A stretch of DNA of 64,000 bases from Octopus vulgaris (lineage: Eukaryota). Under the pieces are notes generated by a model. That model saw only the letters and a program-made list of their open reading frames with translations, was not told the origin of the DNA and searched no databases. The translations under genes and the position numbers were made by a program. The stretch is taken from positions 45,756,001 through 45,820,000 of the forward strand of contig OX597815.1 in assembly GCA_951406725.2 (NCBI GenBank). Direction: 5' to 3'. Below, piece after piece: positions 12,025-24,769 of the stretch; positions within the stretch are counted from its first letter, which is position 1, and every line of letters starts with the position of its first letter.

Positions 12025-12358
12025 CGCATGAAGGCACTTAGCTTAGTGGTTAGGGTATTTGGCTCATGAATGTAAGGTCATGAGTTCAATTTCCAGCTAT
12101 GCATTGTGTCCTTGAACAAGACACTTTATTTCATGTTGCTCCATTCCACTCAGCTGGCAAAACGAGTAGTACCTATATTTCAAAGGGCCAGCATTGTCAC
12201 ACACTGTGTCACAATGAATCTCCCTGAGAATTACATTAAGGGTACATGTGTCTGTGGAGTGCTCAGCCACTTGCACATTGATTTCATTAGTAGGCTGTTC
12301 CATTGATTGGATCAACTGGAACCCTTGTCATCATAACTGATGGTGTGCAATTAGTTAG
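12025..12358 (+). mobile_element. tRNA-derived SINE inserted into a family-A MITE
   Basis: A box TAGCTTAGTGG and B-box-like GAGTTCAATTTCC. 13-bp TSD TTATCTTTAACAG at 12012-12024 and 12359-12371. Confidence 0.85.
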
Positions 12359-13169
12359 TTATCTTTAACAGAGTAATATGAGTGTTAAACAGTTAAATGT
12401 TTCCAAGAAAAGTAATATTTCTTCATGAGCAGACATGTTTTCACAGAAGATTGGAAACAAGAGACACCTCTTGTACAACAGTGATGCTTGTTTACAACTA
12501 TCATATGATGTCAAGACAATGATGTACATGCATATATGACAGGCATTTTTTAGTTTTCATCTATCAGATCCACTCACAAGGTTCTGGTCAGACTTGGGTT
12601 TATAGTAGATGACACTTACCTAAGGTTCCACATAGTGGGACTGAACTCAAAACCATGTGGTTGGGAAACAGACTTAACCATGTAGTCGTGGCTGTGCCCT
12701 ACCCCCACACATACACACACAAATCATAAGATATAAGTTGAGTAAGTGGACCTGTAAAAATACAAGATTCACATACTAAAATAAATATATAACGTAGTAT
12801 ATGTACACTCTCACTCACATACATACATACACATAGTAGTGAGTTACACATCTTTCAGAAATGATAAAAATAATATCCTTTAGACAAAAATAAATCCTGA
12901 AGAAAAGTAAGCCTACAGATACAAATTTCTTATTAATTTTTACATTCCTAAAAGTATAAATAGCTTAACATTCTTGGAATAGGAACAAGATGGCTGAGGA
13001 AAAAAATATCTCTAGGGAAAATTCTTTGTACTGAATGCAAATATGGTAGGGTTTCACATAGGTAATTTAGAGAGTTGTAAAACTTCGATCAACAGATTAT
13101 ACTAGGAATTTTTTTTGTCCAGAACACCCACTAATAATTTTCAAAATTTAATTTAAAAACAACAAAGAA

Positions 13170-13917
13170 GGGAGGTAACTCCAATAAGATCAACTGATTG
13201 GAAATTTTGCACATCATAGATCAGTCATGGACAGCCTGTGGCCTGTGAAACCATCCTCAACTTCAATGGTAGACCTGACATGACCATAGAGATGGCTGTT
13301 TGCCAGGGTTGTATAGTTCCTCTATCATCCATGCTGTTTGCATCAGCTCCCACTCCACAAGTTCTTGGGGGGCCTTCAGCTGGTCCCCATTAAGGAAACT
13401 TTAGGCACAGTAATCCTGAGGATTCAAGTGAAGGGAGCTAGAATACTTGATCATGATGGGGGTGACATAAGCACACAGTTTTCTTGAGTTTTGCCAGTCA
13501 TGAGTTGCCCTCTCTTCATCATATAGGACTTATACCTTACTGGGATTGTTGGACAAACTTGATCATCATGCCGATGTCTGGCAGTTTAGATTGTATCTTC
13601 CTTTTGACCATAAATGACATGTCCCTGCCAGAGGACACCAGCTTTTTTCTGACCATGGACACAAAAGACCCAGTTGCATTTAAGAAGCTAATATCTCTGA
13701 ATCACTGTGGTCGGCAGCAAGATTCATGTGCACAATATACCTTTTTATTTCTCATTCCAGATTGGAATCTCCAGTGTAGTTGCTGTTGTCATATCTGAAA
13801 GACAAAGATGAAAGTTAAAATTTGGTGTTTGGCTCATGCCATGTAACATTACATAAGGCTGACTTCCAGTTACAATCCCCTAAAATTTGTTTTTTAAATA
13901 TTCAGCACATCGTGTAT
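13170..13917 (-). mobile_element. Highly decayed Tc1-like transposon relic
   Basis: Higher-GC block. Minus-strand segment at about 13410-13445 resembles the SSPDLNPLDY motif. Confidence 0.4.
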
Positions 13918-14229
13918 AATAACAGAGGTAGAGTAATGGACCTAATTATGAATATCAACAATAAAACGCAATAATATGTCTGATGAAGATAATTTTGGAG
14001 CATTCTGTTTATGGAATACAAATATGGTCAATAGGGACAGTGCAGATTGCAGTGTATCTGGAAATCTATAATTCAACTACATATTATTTTGAGAATGAAT
14101 TATATGAAGTATTTTTAGTATATGCCTACTGTCTACATATATATGTTTTAAAGATTTGCCAATTCTGAACTGTTGTTATCAATTCTATATTAGGTAATGA
14201 GTATTTATGTGTGTGTGTGTGTGTATATA

Positions 14230-14447
14230 TATATTTCTTTACTACCCACAAGGGGCTAAACACAGAGGGGACAAACAAGGACAGACAAAGGGATTAAGTT
14301 GATTACATCGACCCCAGTGCGTAACTGGTACTTAATTTATCGACCCCAAAAGGATGAAAGGCAAAGGCGAACTCGGAACGTAATGACAGACGGAATACGG
14401 ATACGCAGGTTGCCCGGCGAGCTAATGTTTCTGCCAGCTCACCGCCT

Positions 14448-14448
<1 letters not shown>
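14230..14448 (-). mobile_element. Young tRNA-derived SINE (Meta-domain-like central segment)
   Basis: Head AAGGCGGTGAGCTGGCAGAA and central GCCTTTCATCCTTTTGGGGTCGATAA..GTACC. CpGs retained. Same subfamily as 41116-41308. Confidence 0.8.
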
Positions 14449-14486
<38 letters not shown>

Positions 14487-14494
14487 AAACAGAT

Positions 14495-15310
14495 AAGATA
14501 GCTTTCATGTGCGGCAGATGCACAGGGACAATAGACACAACAGACACTCAGAAAACAGATTCCATCACACTCCAGGGAGAGAAACTAGAAGTAGTTGATA
14601 GTTTCCGCTACCTGGGTGACCAAGTTAGTAGCGGAGGTGGATGCACAGAGAGTATCACCACTAGAATACGAATAGCCTGGGCAAAGTTCAGAAAGCTCCT
14701 ACCCCTACTGGCAACAAAAGGTCTCTCCCTCAGAGTGAAAGGTAGATTGTATGATGAATGTGTGCGAACTGCCATGCTTCATGGTAATGAAACATGGGCT
14801 GTGACTGCAGAGGACATGCGTAGAATTGAAAGAAATGAAGCTAGCATGATCCGCTGGATGTGTAGTGTCAGTGTGCATGCAAGACAGAGTGTAAGCATCC
14901 TAAGAGAAATGCTGGATATAAGAAGCATCAGATGTGGTGTGCAAGAGCGACGCTTGCGATGGTATGGTCATGTGCTGCGGATGGATGAAGAGAGATGTGT
15001 GAAGAAGTGCCACTCCCAAACAGTTGAAGGTATCAGGGGGGAGAGGTAGACCCAGGAAGACATGGGATGAGGTAGTCAAGCATGACCTCAGAGCATTGGG
15101 CCTCCCTGAGGCAATGGCGAAGGACCGAGATCTCTGGAGATATGCTGTGACTGCAAAGACCCGGGCTGCTTTCTGCAGCAATTCCACATACCCCCTACCC
15201 ATTCAAAGTACCCCGGATCCCTAAAGTACCCCGGACCCCGTTGCCCCTGTGCCGCTGGCACGTTAAAAGCTCGAACCGATCGTGACCGATGATGATGATG
15301 ATGATGATGA

Positions 15311-15313
<3 letters not shown>
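14495..15313 (+). mobile_element. 5'-truncated RTE-clade LINE (RT C-terminal region plus 3' UTR)
   Basis: ORF 14507-15049 (CGRC..LEVVDSFRYLGDQVSSGGG..RIRIAWAKF..RRLRWYGHVLRM) frameshifts into GRGRPRKTW. Ends in a (GAT)n tail between TA tracts. Confidence 0.92.
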
Positions 15314-15350
<37 letters not shown>

Positions 15351-15593
15351 CCATCATTATCATTTAACACTCGTTTTCCTTGCTGGTATAGGTTGGACAG
15401 TTTGACTGAAAATTGGTAAACTGGGGAGCTGCACCAGGTTTCAATTTGTTTTGGCTTGATTTCTACATCTGGATGCCCTTCCTAATGCCAACTACTCTGA
15501 GAGTGTAGTGGGTGCTTTTTACGTGCCACCAGTATAGGTGACAGTTACAAAACACCAGCATTGACCATGACTACGATCTCACTTCACAAGCAC

Positions 15594-15637
<44 letters not shown>

Positions 15638-16146
15638 CATCACTGTTTAACATGCTCTTTTCCATGCTTGCATGACAGTGACACTCACAACTATCAGGCA
15701 ACATCAAGACAAAGAGACAGTAACATATATGCACACACATACACACACACACAAAACAGGCTTCTTTCTGTTTCCTCCTACCAAATCCACTCACAAGGCT
15801 TTAGTTGGCTTGGAGTTATACTAGAAGACACTTATCAAAGGGACCACACTGTGGGATTTAACCTGGTGCCATGTGATTGGGAAACAAACTTCTTGCCATA
15901 CAATCATGCCTGTGCCTCAAGGAATCTAATGCTCTTTCTTAGCTTAGTTTTTCCTTGGGGCTGGCCAGATTGGAGCATTCTCGAGTATAACCAGCCAAAA
16001 TTGCAAGGATAATCTGGAACTCAACTGAGGAAAGAAAACTCCAAATGACTCGTCCTTGTTTTTTTTGTATCATCTGTCTGGATGTTTTGTTGTCCCCTTT
16101 TTGTATCACCTAACTGTCTGCATGTTTCTCGTTCTTGTCCCATTTT

Positions 16147-16198
<52 letters not shown>

Positions 16199-16474
16199 AA
16201 AGAACACAAGTGGGGGTTAAAATTTACTACGGCTGTTTCGATAGCATTTTACTGACGCATCATTGATTACATCGTAGCATAAATCCATCATCCTCAGGTA
16301 AACTTTTAAGCATATATAAACAAGCAAGGTAAAACTAGATGACCTATTCACCAACTAACATGATGAACAAGTGACTTTTAAATTTTAAACCCCACTTGTG
16401 TTCTTCTTTTATAAATATGCCACACCTGGAACCAACTCTGGGTTGGATCTATGGTTAATTTTGGATTTGGTACC
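16199..16474. mobile_element. Penelope-like terminal fragment with short inverted repeat, inside (TA)n
   Basis: Inverted repeat 16199-16226 / 16379-16406 enclosing a hammerhead motif. Confidence 0.7.
16219..16306 (-). ncRNA. Type-I hammerhead ribozyme (PLE-type)
   Basis: Minus strand: AAAGTTTAC-CTGAGGA-T-GATGG...CTATC-GAAAC-AGCC-GTA^GTAAATTTT. 9-bp stem I, long stem II, 2-bp stem III. Confidence 0.78.
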
Positions 16475-16485
16475 TATATATATAT

Positions 16486-16692
16486 ATCCAAAATTAGGAA
16501 ATGAAGTATATAAAATCCAGGCTACATGTGTTTCATAGGTAGCAGAACCTCAGGAGTAGTAATTATCCAAATGAGGGATAAACCACTAGCTACTTGTCAG
16601 GCCTCGTTTGGATAATTACTACTTCTGAGATTCTGTTAGCTATGAAACATATGTAGCCTAGATTTTATCTATTCCATTCCCTAATTTTGGAT
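16486..16692. repeat. Diverged fold-back repeat (arms about 90 bp), probably Penelope-derived
   Basis: Arms 16486-16576 and 16602-16692. Contains a CTGAG..GAAACAYATGTA hammerhead-like remnant. Confidence 0.65.
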
Positions 16693-17036
16693 TTCTATTC
16701 ACATACGCAGTAGCTTCTGCTGTTAAGTGTAAGATATAAAACAATTTTTTCAGCTTATTGAACTTTGATATGGGGAAAATTTACATCCTTCTATGTCAAC
16801 AAATCACTACTGTTCCTGAAAGTTGTTTTTTATACCTTCTACAGACTGCTCAAAGCTTACTATCTTCCTACACTTTGATCCTTGGATCTTACCTTTACAC
16901 ACACACACACACACACACGTACATGCAATATAAAATAACACCTAATGGTTATTTTCCCTTACTGTTAACTCAATGCCTAGATTCTAATGAATCTTCTAAC
17001 TAATCTCTCTCTCTCTTTCTATATATATATATAGTT

Positions 17037-17740
17037 TATGTCATTAGATTTAGAAACTTTGAGAGAATGTGAAGTAATTCTCCTTTGAATGGTGATATTT
17101 GAAGCAGATTAAACTATAAATAATAGCATGTAAAAAATGCATTAAAAAAACCCTTTGGATAGAAAAAGTCAAAGGCTGTCTGTGGGATTTGAACCCAAAT
17201 CTTCTGTAAATATAGCAGATGTTCTACCATTGAACCAAAGCAATTCTTCAAATTTCTCTCACCATTTTAGAAACTTTATTCTTAACAGTGAGAATTATGT
17301 GTTGATGCAATAGTGGAATGTCTGTTATGTTTACTGAGTCCCATGGGCAGCCTTCAACTTTTTCTATCCAAAAGGGTATTGAGTTAAAATAACTCAATAT
17401 TTACATGCTATTATTTATAGCTTTTAACTAAGGCAGTGAGCTGGTAGAACTGTGAGCACTTCAGACAAAATGCTTAGTGGTATATCGTCCATCCTTGTGT
17501 TCTGAGTTCAAATTCTGCTGAGGTCAACTTTGCCTTTCTTCGTTTTGGTGTCAATGAAATAAGTACGCTGCACTGGGGTTGAGGTAATTGACTAGTCCCC
17601 TCCTCCCTCACAATTTCAGGCCTTGTGCCTATAGTAGAAAGGATTATTTATAGCTTTATCTGCTTTGAGTTCCTCTGTTCAACAAAAAAAAAAAAAATTC
17701 ACATTCTCTTGAAGTTTCTAAATTCTTGTGATGTCAACAA
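17037..17740. mobile_element. Fold-back element with long TIRs and inverted tRNA-like units, interrupted by a SINE
   Basis: Arms ...CTATAAATAATAGCATGTAAA..CCCTTTGGATAGAAAAAG / CTTTTTCTATCCAAAAGGG..TTTACATGCTATTATTTATAG. Shorter copy at about 50870-51125. Confidence 0.65.
17425..17642 (+). mobile_element. tRNA-derived SINE (Meta-domain-like)
   Basis: 15-bp TSD ATTATTTATAGCTTT at 17410-17424 and 17643-17657. Confidence 0.85.
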
Positions 17741-17919
17741 TATGCTATTCTCACTGGTAAGAATAAAGTTTGTGAACTGGATACAGAAATTCACATGGTT
17801 TCTTTAGTCCAATAGTAGAACATCTGTTATGTTTAAAGAAGATGTGGGTTAACTCTTGACTGCTGTGTAAAGGTAACATGTTTCAGCAATGGTCCTAGAC
17901 ATAGTGGTCCTAGACATTC

Positions 17920-18190
17920 TTCTTCTTTATGCCTTTAACCCTCCGAAGCGGAGTATAGGCCACTTATAGTTGAATTCCATGTCGCATAATTTTTGGCTTC
18001 TGTACTTATACTCTGCCATGTATGTCCCCCTTTCTCTAGTTCCTTTTGTGTTGATCTCCACCACGAGTTCTTAGGCCTACCTCTCTTTCTATATCCATCT
18101 GGTTTCCACTGTAAAGCACTTTTCGCTACATTTGGTGTGTCTTTTCTAATTGTGCTACCAATCCACTTCCTAGACATAGGAATATTTAAA
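17920..18190 (-). mobile_element. RTE-like LINE 3' fragment (different family)
   Basis: ORF 17935-18195 contains KWIG..ALQWKPDGYRKRGRPKNSW, a typical RTE C-terminus. Confidence 0.75.
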
Positions 18191-19372
18191 CTCATTTGGG
18201 GAATTTGTAAACTCTTGACAGAATATTCACGAATGTTTAAAGATGTTCCTTTTGTTTATTCCATTTTTTCCCTTTTTCGCTTTTTTCTTTCTCCTTATTT
18301 CAATGGTAGTTTTGCTTATATCTTGTATATATTTATTTTTGATTTAATTAGGATTTGGAACAATGATCTTGTTATAAACTCACTTGTTTTAGCTATGTGG
18401 TGTAAACATTTCTGAAATATTTATTCCATTTCTAATGATTATTTTCACTCAAATATATACCGCTACATATTTTTCTTTCCATTTTATTACTCTTTATTGC
18501 TTCATTTCCAAATGATCAATTCGGAAACAAAGCAAGAAACTGTGTTGATCAACCAGAGTACCATTGGGGCACATATCTCTTATTAGCTCCTTTCTAAATT
18601 AGTGTTCTCTTTAGGCATTTTTCCAAGTTTTTCTGCTTGAATGGTGTTGTATTTTTCTTTTGGACTTCTTAGTTTTTATCTGAGAGCTCCTCACCAAAAT
18701 AATCATGCTTGTTGAAGAGTAACTTAAGGTGAAATCTTTATTTAACATGCTCTTTGCCAAAAGTAAATAGAAAGTATCTGGCACTATTTATCACCATGTT
18801 TAGCTACTCAACACATCACACACTCTCAACTGTTTTTCTTTTTTTTCTCCTCCCAAGTTTAGATTTTCATTGAAGCTATGTTGCTTTATAAATCTCTGTC
18901 TAAAATTAAGGCTTCACTGATTTCTAAAACAATTTCAGATTAAATCACCTTGGAAATAATGTTCGGAAGACTATTGTATGTTAAAACAGGGAGATGGATT
19001 ATGGAATTCTTTTGTTAAGATTCACTGTAGCTTGCAGATATTATGCACCACTTAGAAGAAAACCCAGAAGCTACGTATCATAGCTTCACAGTTCTGAATT
19101 GAATATATCGATTAAATTCATTGTCTCCTCACCATTTCAACATTGAGAAGTAAGAGATGTAATGTTATTGCTTGATCTCTTAGTATATAAATCAGTGTGA
19201 AAATCCACTGAAGAAATAAGACTTGTATTTGAAGAATATCCACTTGACTGGAGCATATTTTTTTTTCAAATACAGAAAAGAATAAATAGAAAAAAAAATA
19301 CTGTTTTTTAGATTAAATCATTTAACATTTCTAAAATATATATTTTTTTGTAAATTCTTAAAACCACATTAA

Positions 19373-19916
19373 CCCTTTTGTTACCGTATTGAAAGAACAT
19401 TCGAGCGAGGTTGTTGCCAGTGCCGCTGAATTGGCTCCTGTGCAGGTGACACATAAAAAGCACAATTTGAGCATGGCCATTGCCAGTACCGCCTGACTGG
19501 CTCTCGTGCCGGTGGCATGTAAAAGCACCCACTACACTCTTGGAGTGGTTGGCGTTAGGAAGGGCATCTAGCTGTAGAAACTCTGCCAAATCAGACTGGG
19601 GTCTGGTGCAGCCATCTGGTTTGCAAGACCTCAGTCAAATTGTCCAACCCATGCTAGCATGGAAAACGGACGTTAAATGATGATGATGATGATGATTATT
19701 TATTTTGAGATGCTCTGTGTTTCTTTTAATTAATTTTAAATATAAAAGAATTTAGTAAAATTACTTTGTTATCATTAAGTTAATGTTAGGAACATAAATT
19801 GTGACTAAGGTTTGGTGGAAGACTTTAAATCAAAACTTATGAAAACAAGACATATGTACTACAGAGCCAGAAGTGGTTTCAGCCAGGTTGGTATCAAAAG
19901 AGTGGTTTTAAAAGGG
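19373..19916. mobile_element. Family-B TTAA MITE interrupted by an RTE 3'-UTR fragment (19391-19695)
   Basis: Starts TTAA|CCCTTTTGTTACC. MITE body resumes after the (GAT)n tail. Confidence 0.75.
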
Positions 19917-22900
19917 TTAAAAGAAAAAAAGACCTGGTTCTTTATCATCATGAATTGAATACTAATCATCTATCCAATTTTCCCTCTTCAATTTGAAAGA
20001 TGATGTATTTGATTACTAATCCTTTGAGAAAAGCATGAAATCTCAAATTTCCAACATCACTTTGCCTATAAATATAGAGCTCTGTAAATGTGTGACTTGT
20101 ACATAAAAAAAAATTGATTTTCTCTTTCTCTCTCATTTTGTGCCTTTCCCTTGGATAACATCAGTGGGAAAGGCTGGTATGCATGTGCAACTGATGATCT
20201 TCAATAAACAACCTTGCCTGGATTTATGCCTCGGAGGGGAACTTTATAAGTATAATCTCATGGTCCTTTATGACTGAAGGGGGTCTTTACTTTTTTTATA
20301 TATTTCCAGAGATGTGCTTTTAATAGTTATACAGTTTTTGTGTTTATAGCTACAGACACCAGGTGCTCTCACATACACATGCATGGATGGCTATTTTCAT
20401 AGTGGAGTGTTCCATACACAAACTAAACAAAAATATACTTAGAAACACCCCGCCAGGGTGTGCTTAACTTTTTTTTTACTTTTTCACGTGTTTATTATAT
20501 TTGATCTTTCTCTCTCTTTCTCTTAGTATGCTTGTATTTCCTTGTGTGTGTGTGTGTGTTTGTGTGTAAGCATCTTCATTTTAATATTGTTTTTATTTGA
20601 TAGTGAGATATTGGCATGCTGGTATGATATCTATCAGTAATCATCTTGCTCACCTGTCATCTCTTCTGTCAAGGGCAATATCTTGAGATCTGATCTCACT
20701 ATAGCTTTTCATGTCTTGCTCAGTCTTCCTCTCCTATAGGAACCCTGACAATGTCCAGTAACATTTATGATGTAGTAGGACTGCATATTTTACATGTCTG
20801 CTGTGTTCATCTGACTCCGCTTGATGAACACAGCATTTAAATTGGTCGTATCCAAATGTTCTCTGTTTTATACTCAAACCAGCCAGCTCTGGCCTCTTGC
20901 ACCTACCCTACAATGCTATTCTAAAAATATACAATCACATCATCAAAATTTTGGAGTGATCAGATGATGTATGATTAATTCAAAACTATGTGAATAAATA
21001 AGCATTATATTTGATAAAATAATTTGAATGCTAAAGGATTAACACAGCCACCAGTTTGATGTAGGGGTTGGCTTATGCATTTGAACAAAGCTTCTGGAAG
21101 TAAAGAACATCATAAAACTATAGCATTATTTGGATGAGTGCTTTACTATGGGACTTTATTTGTGAACTTGAGCCAATACTTACTAGATACATTATATACA
21201 TGGCCACTTTAGTTCTAATACAGATATCTAATGTCACTATAAACACAATCACTTCTGAATACTTTGGCTAATGTCTTTGATATCTAATTGCACTTCACAT
21301 CTGCTCAGCCTCTCATACACTTCAGACCAAATGGATAATTTTTGCCTAATTTGTCTCCAGATTCACATACCCATGTCTTATTAGCATATGACATTACAAT
21401 TTTTATACATGGTTCATATAGTTCACCTTCTGCACAATGAAAGAAGCCCTGTTATTTTAACAATAGAAGCAACAAGTATCTAAGCCCTTCTATCTTTACT
21501 TTAGCTCTTGCTGGATTCACCTGTTAGTTTCACATATTCCACTGCAGTTTTTGTGTACCTGTTGCTTGCACTGATTATTTTAGTATCAAGTTTCTGCTTA
21601 CTTACTGCCTACTGAGCAATAACACAAGGGATTTGTGCTCTCTCTCTTACTTCCTAGCACTTTGGTTGTAGCCATTGTAACTTCTAGGCCTTTTGATTCT
21701 AGACTGTGTTTCCTGATTTTAAGCTTTTTATGCAACTCTTCAGCAAATATTGATATCAGAACTAGGTTATCAACCCCTAAAAGCTCACAAGTACAATAGT
21801 CATAAGCTACAGTTTCAAAGACTACACTAGATGGAAGGGTGTTGTGATTGGAGCCTTAGTGGTCACCCTCACTGCTAACTCTTGGTAACAGAAGGTTCAC
21901 ATATAGTTTGTGTGACTTCCACAAGCCATCCATCTACACTTAATTTCCTTAGATCACAGAGCGAGGAATTCTGTCAAAAGACCTCATCGGACTTATAAAA
22001 TGTAAATTAGTGTAATTTATTCTTGGCTAAAAATTTCTCTTGTGGTTGGCTTAATATAGCATCATTAGCGTTACCAGTCATTGTATGATGATGGGAATAT
22101 TGTAAGAGAGACAGTGTCTCTTATTAGCTCGTAGCACACCCTGTCTGGTTTCTATGACTGCAGAGGTGATAACTACTCTGAAATGCTTGCCTCTCACAGT
22201 CTGGTTAGATGGATCCTCAAGCTGATTTTATTGTGTGTACATCTATCTGTGTACAGCGAGAAATTTTCTCCATGACAAAACACAGCGAATGGCTTTCTTA
22301 CGGGTTTGAATATGCCCTGAGCATATTTGAACTTGTATTTATATTTATAAATATCACTGCTTAGTGCTGCCACCCCACTATAGCATTAATAACTCCATGA
22401 AAGAAGGGAAATTAGCTGGTTAGTGAAGATACTTCCACTTATGTGCTAAAACTATTGGTTCATAGAAGTGTTTTTCTTTTTCTTCACATCATTTGCTGCT
22501 GCTAGAACAGCCTTTCCTGTAATGAACTTGTTAGCTATGTACTCCACTTTACCCTCCCAATCAGACTAATCTCTTGTGTTTTAAGATATAAATTCCCTTT
22601 ACATCAATGAGTTTCTTTCAAGTGTCCAAATTTTTAAACAGGTTGCCTTTACTGAAGCTAAAAAAAAGCTCTCTTTTTGCTGGTATAGTGACTGGAAGTG
22701 AATGGGAACTAGAAAGCTTTAAAATGTAATTTATTTAGCAAGAGGGAGACTTTAGCTGTGAACTAGGTTGCCTAGCAGCAAAAATAGAAGGGTGGGTGCT
22801 TTTGAACTTTAACACATAATGAAATGCCAAAATCACGAAGGTCATTATATTCATAGGACCTTAGGAAAAAATAGAGATTTTAAAGTTAAAAATTGCTACA

Positions 22901-23394
22901 GATTTTAACATATGAATAAACAACCATTTGATTAGAAAGCAATGGTGGAAAGTTTATTTTTTTCATACAATGATTTAGTTGTGGACTACTTTTGTAGTTA
23001 TGAGAGCAAAGAGAGAGAGAAAGAGAGAGAAGAATGAGTGTCATCTACCATAGTGTAACCTTTAAACTTTAAGCTTGTAGGGGAGTCAGTTGTGTTGCAG
23101 GCTCTTCATATTTAGGTGGTCTGGTTATTGCATGTTTCAATGGTATTTGACATGACTGTGCTCTGTTCTTGCTGCTTGTCAGCTAAATTTCAGAGATCTG
23201 GTCTGTTTTCTTTTCACTTTATATTGGGACAGGCTGATTATCATCAATAAGTTTGATCATTCAAATAAAAAAAGGACGTTATCAAGTGAATTCATAAAAC
23301 TTAATGATCCTTTTTTTTTTTCACTCATATCATCTAATTTCAAGGAAACCTTTTTTGAAAGCATTATTATACTGTTTGAAAGACCTAGTTGTTC

Positions 23395-23434
<40 letters not shown>

Positions 23435-23439
23435 TTATT

Positions 23440-23725
23440 ATCATCATCGTTTAACGTCCGCTTTCCATGCTAGCATGGGTTGAACAATTTGACTGAGGTC
23501 TGGTGAACCAGATGGCTGCACCAGACTCCAATCTGATCTGGCAGAGTTTCAGCTGGATGCCCTTCCTAATGCCAACCACTCTGAGAGTGTAGTGGGTGCT
23601 TTTATGTGCCGCCAGCATGAGGGCCAGTCGGGCGGTACTGGCAACGGCCACGCTCAAATGGTGCTTTTTATGTGCCACCTGCACAGGAGCCAGTCCAGCG
23701 GCACTGGCAACAACCTTGCTTGAAT
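23440..23725 (-). mobile_element. RTE 3'-UTR fragment
   Basis: Shared tail ...CCAACCCATGCTAGCATGGAAAGCGGACGTTAAACGATGATG. Other copies at about 8490-8690, 15355-15590, 24355-24560, 30060-30350, 34860-35080, 52205-52522. Confidence 0.8.
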
Positions 23726-24769
23726 AAACAGACTTAGTGGTTATAGTAACCGACTAAGGGATAAAATATCTGTATATACTATCGGTATCCGTTACCTGTA
23801 TTATCCTCGGGCAGTGGTGTGCAGGCACACTATACATGCAGAGTGCAGATAACAACAGGATAAACAAGAGTTTATTAGGAACCAATGCAAATAATTAGAA
23901 AATGGAGAAAACCACAGATTAACCAACATATCGATTGGTTCACATTTATAGCTTATTTTTAAATACAAAGCATGACATAAAGCATGTTTATGTCATGCTT
24001 TGTATTAAAAAATAAGCTATCATTGTGGTCCAATTGATGTGTATGTGTGTATGTATATATATATATGTATATATATATATATGTATGTAAAAAAAAAACG
24101 AGTCTCAGGTTCAAATTGAAGCAGAGATATTCTACAGGATTAACTAAAAAGATTGACTCATCTGTGAAATATCTGAATACATGTGTGTGTGTATACACAT
24201 ATGCATGCATGCATGTATGTATGTATACACAACACACACACATATATATGTGTGCACAGGTATGTATAAATACATGCGCAGACCTATGTATATGTCTGCA
24301 TATGTAAATATATGTGTGTGTGTGTGTGTATGTATATATATATATTGTATTTGTGTAGGCACCCATGCCAGTCACACATAAGGCATCCAGTCACATGTAA
24401 GACTCTGTGAAGTGGTTGGCATTAAGAAGGGCATCAAGCCATAGAAACCAAACCAAAACAGACTGGAACCTGGTACAACTCTCTGGCTTACCAGCTCCAG
24501 TCAAACCATCTTATCCATGCCAGCATGGAAAACAGATGCTAAATGATGATGATAGTGATGTATGTGTGTGTACTTATGAATAATTGGAAGCATGAACCTC
24601 ACTTATGATTCTAGTAGTACCAGCTTCCAATATGATAAATATAAATATGTATGAATGTGGTCAAGCAATTTACTTCAAAATCGCATGGTTTCACATTTGT
24701 ACCTGTTGTAGTGTCACATCATCTTTGATCTTAGGTTTGCCAATACATTTTGAGTAGAGTATGGTAAAT

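Noticed and set aside
17174-17237. tRNA gene-like A and B boxes (also at about 29840-29905 and 12030-12095)
   Set aside because: No proper acceptor or anticodon stems. These are SINE or MITE heads.
23959-24381. Overlapping ORFs rich in Y/I/H/T/C/V (also many others in the track)
   Set aside because: These are translations of (AT)n/(AC)n/(GT)n microsatellites.
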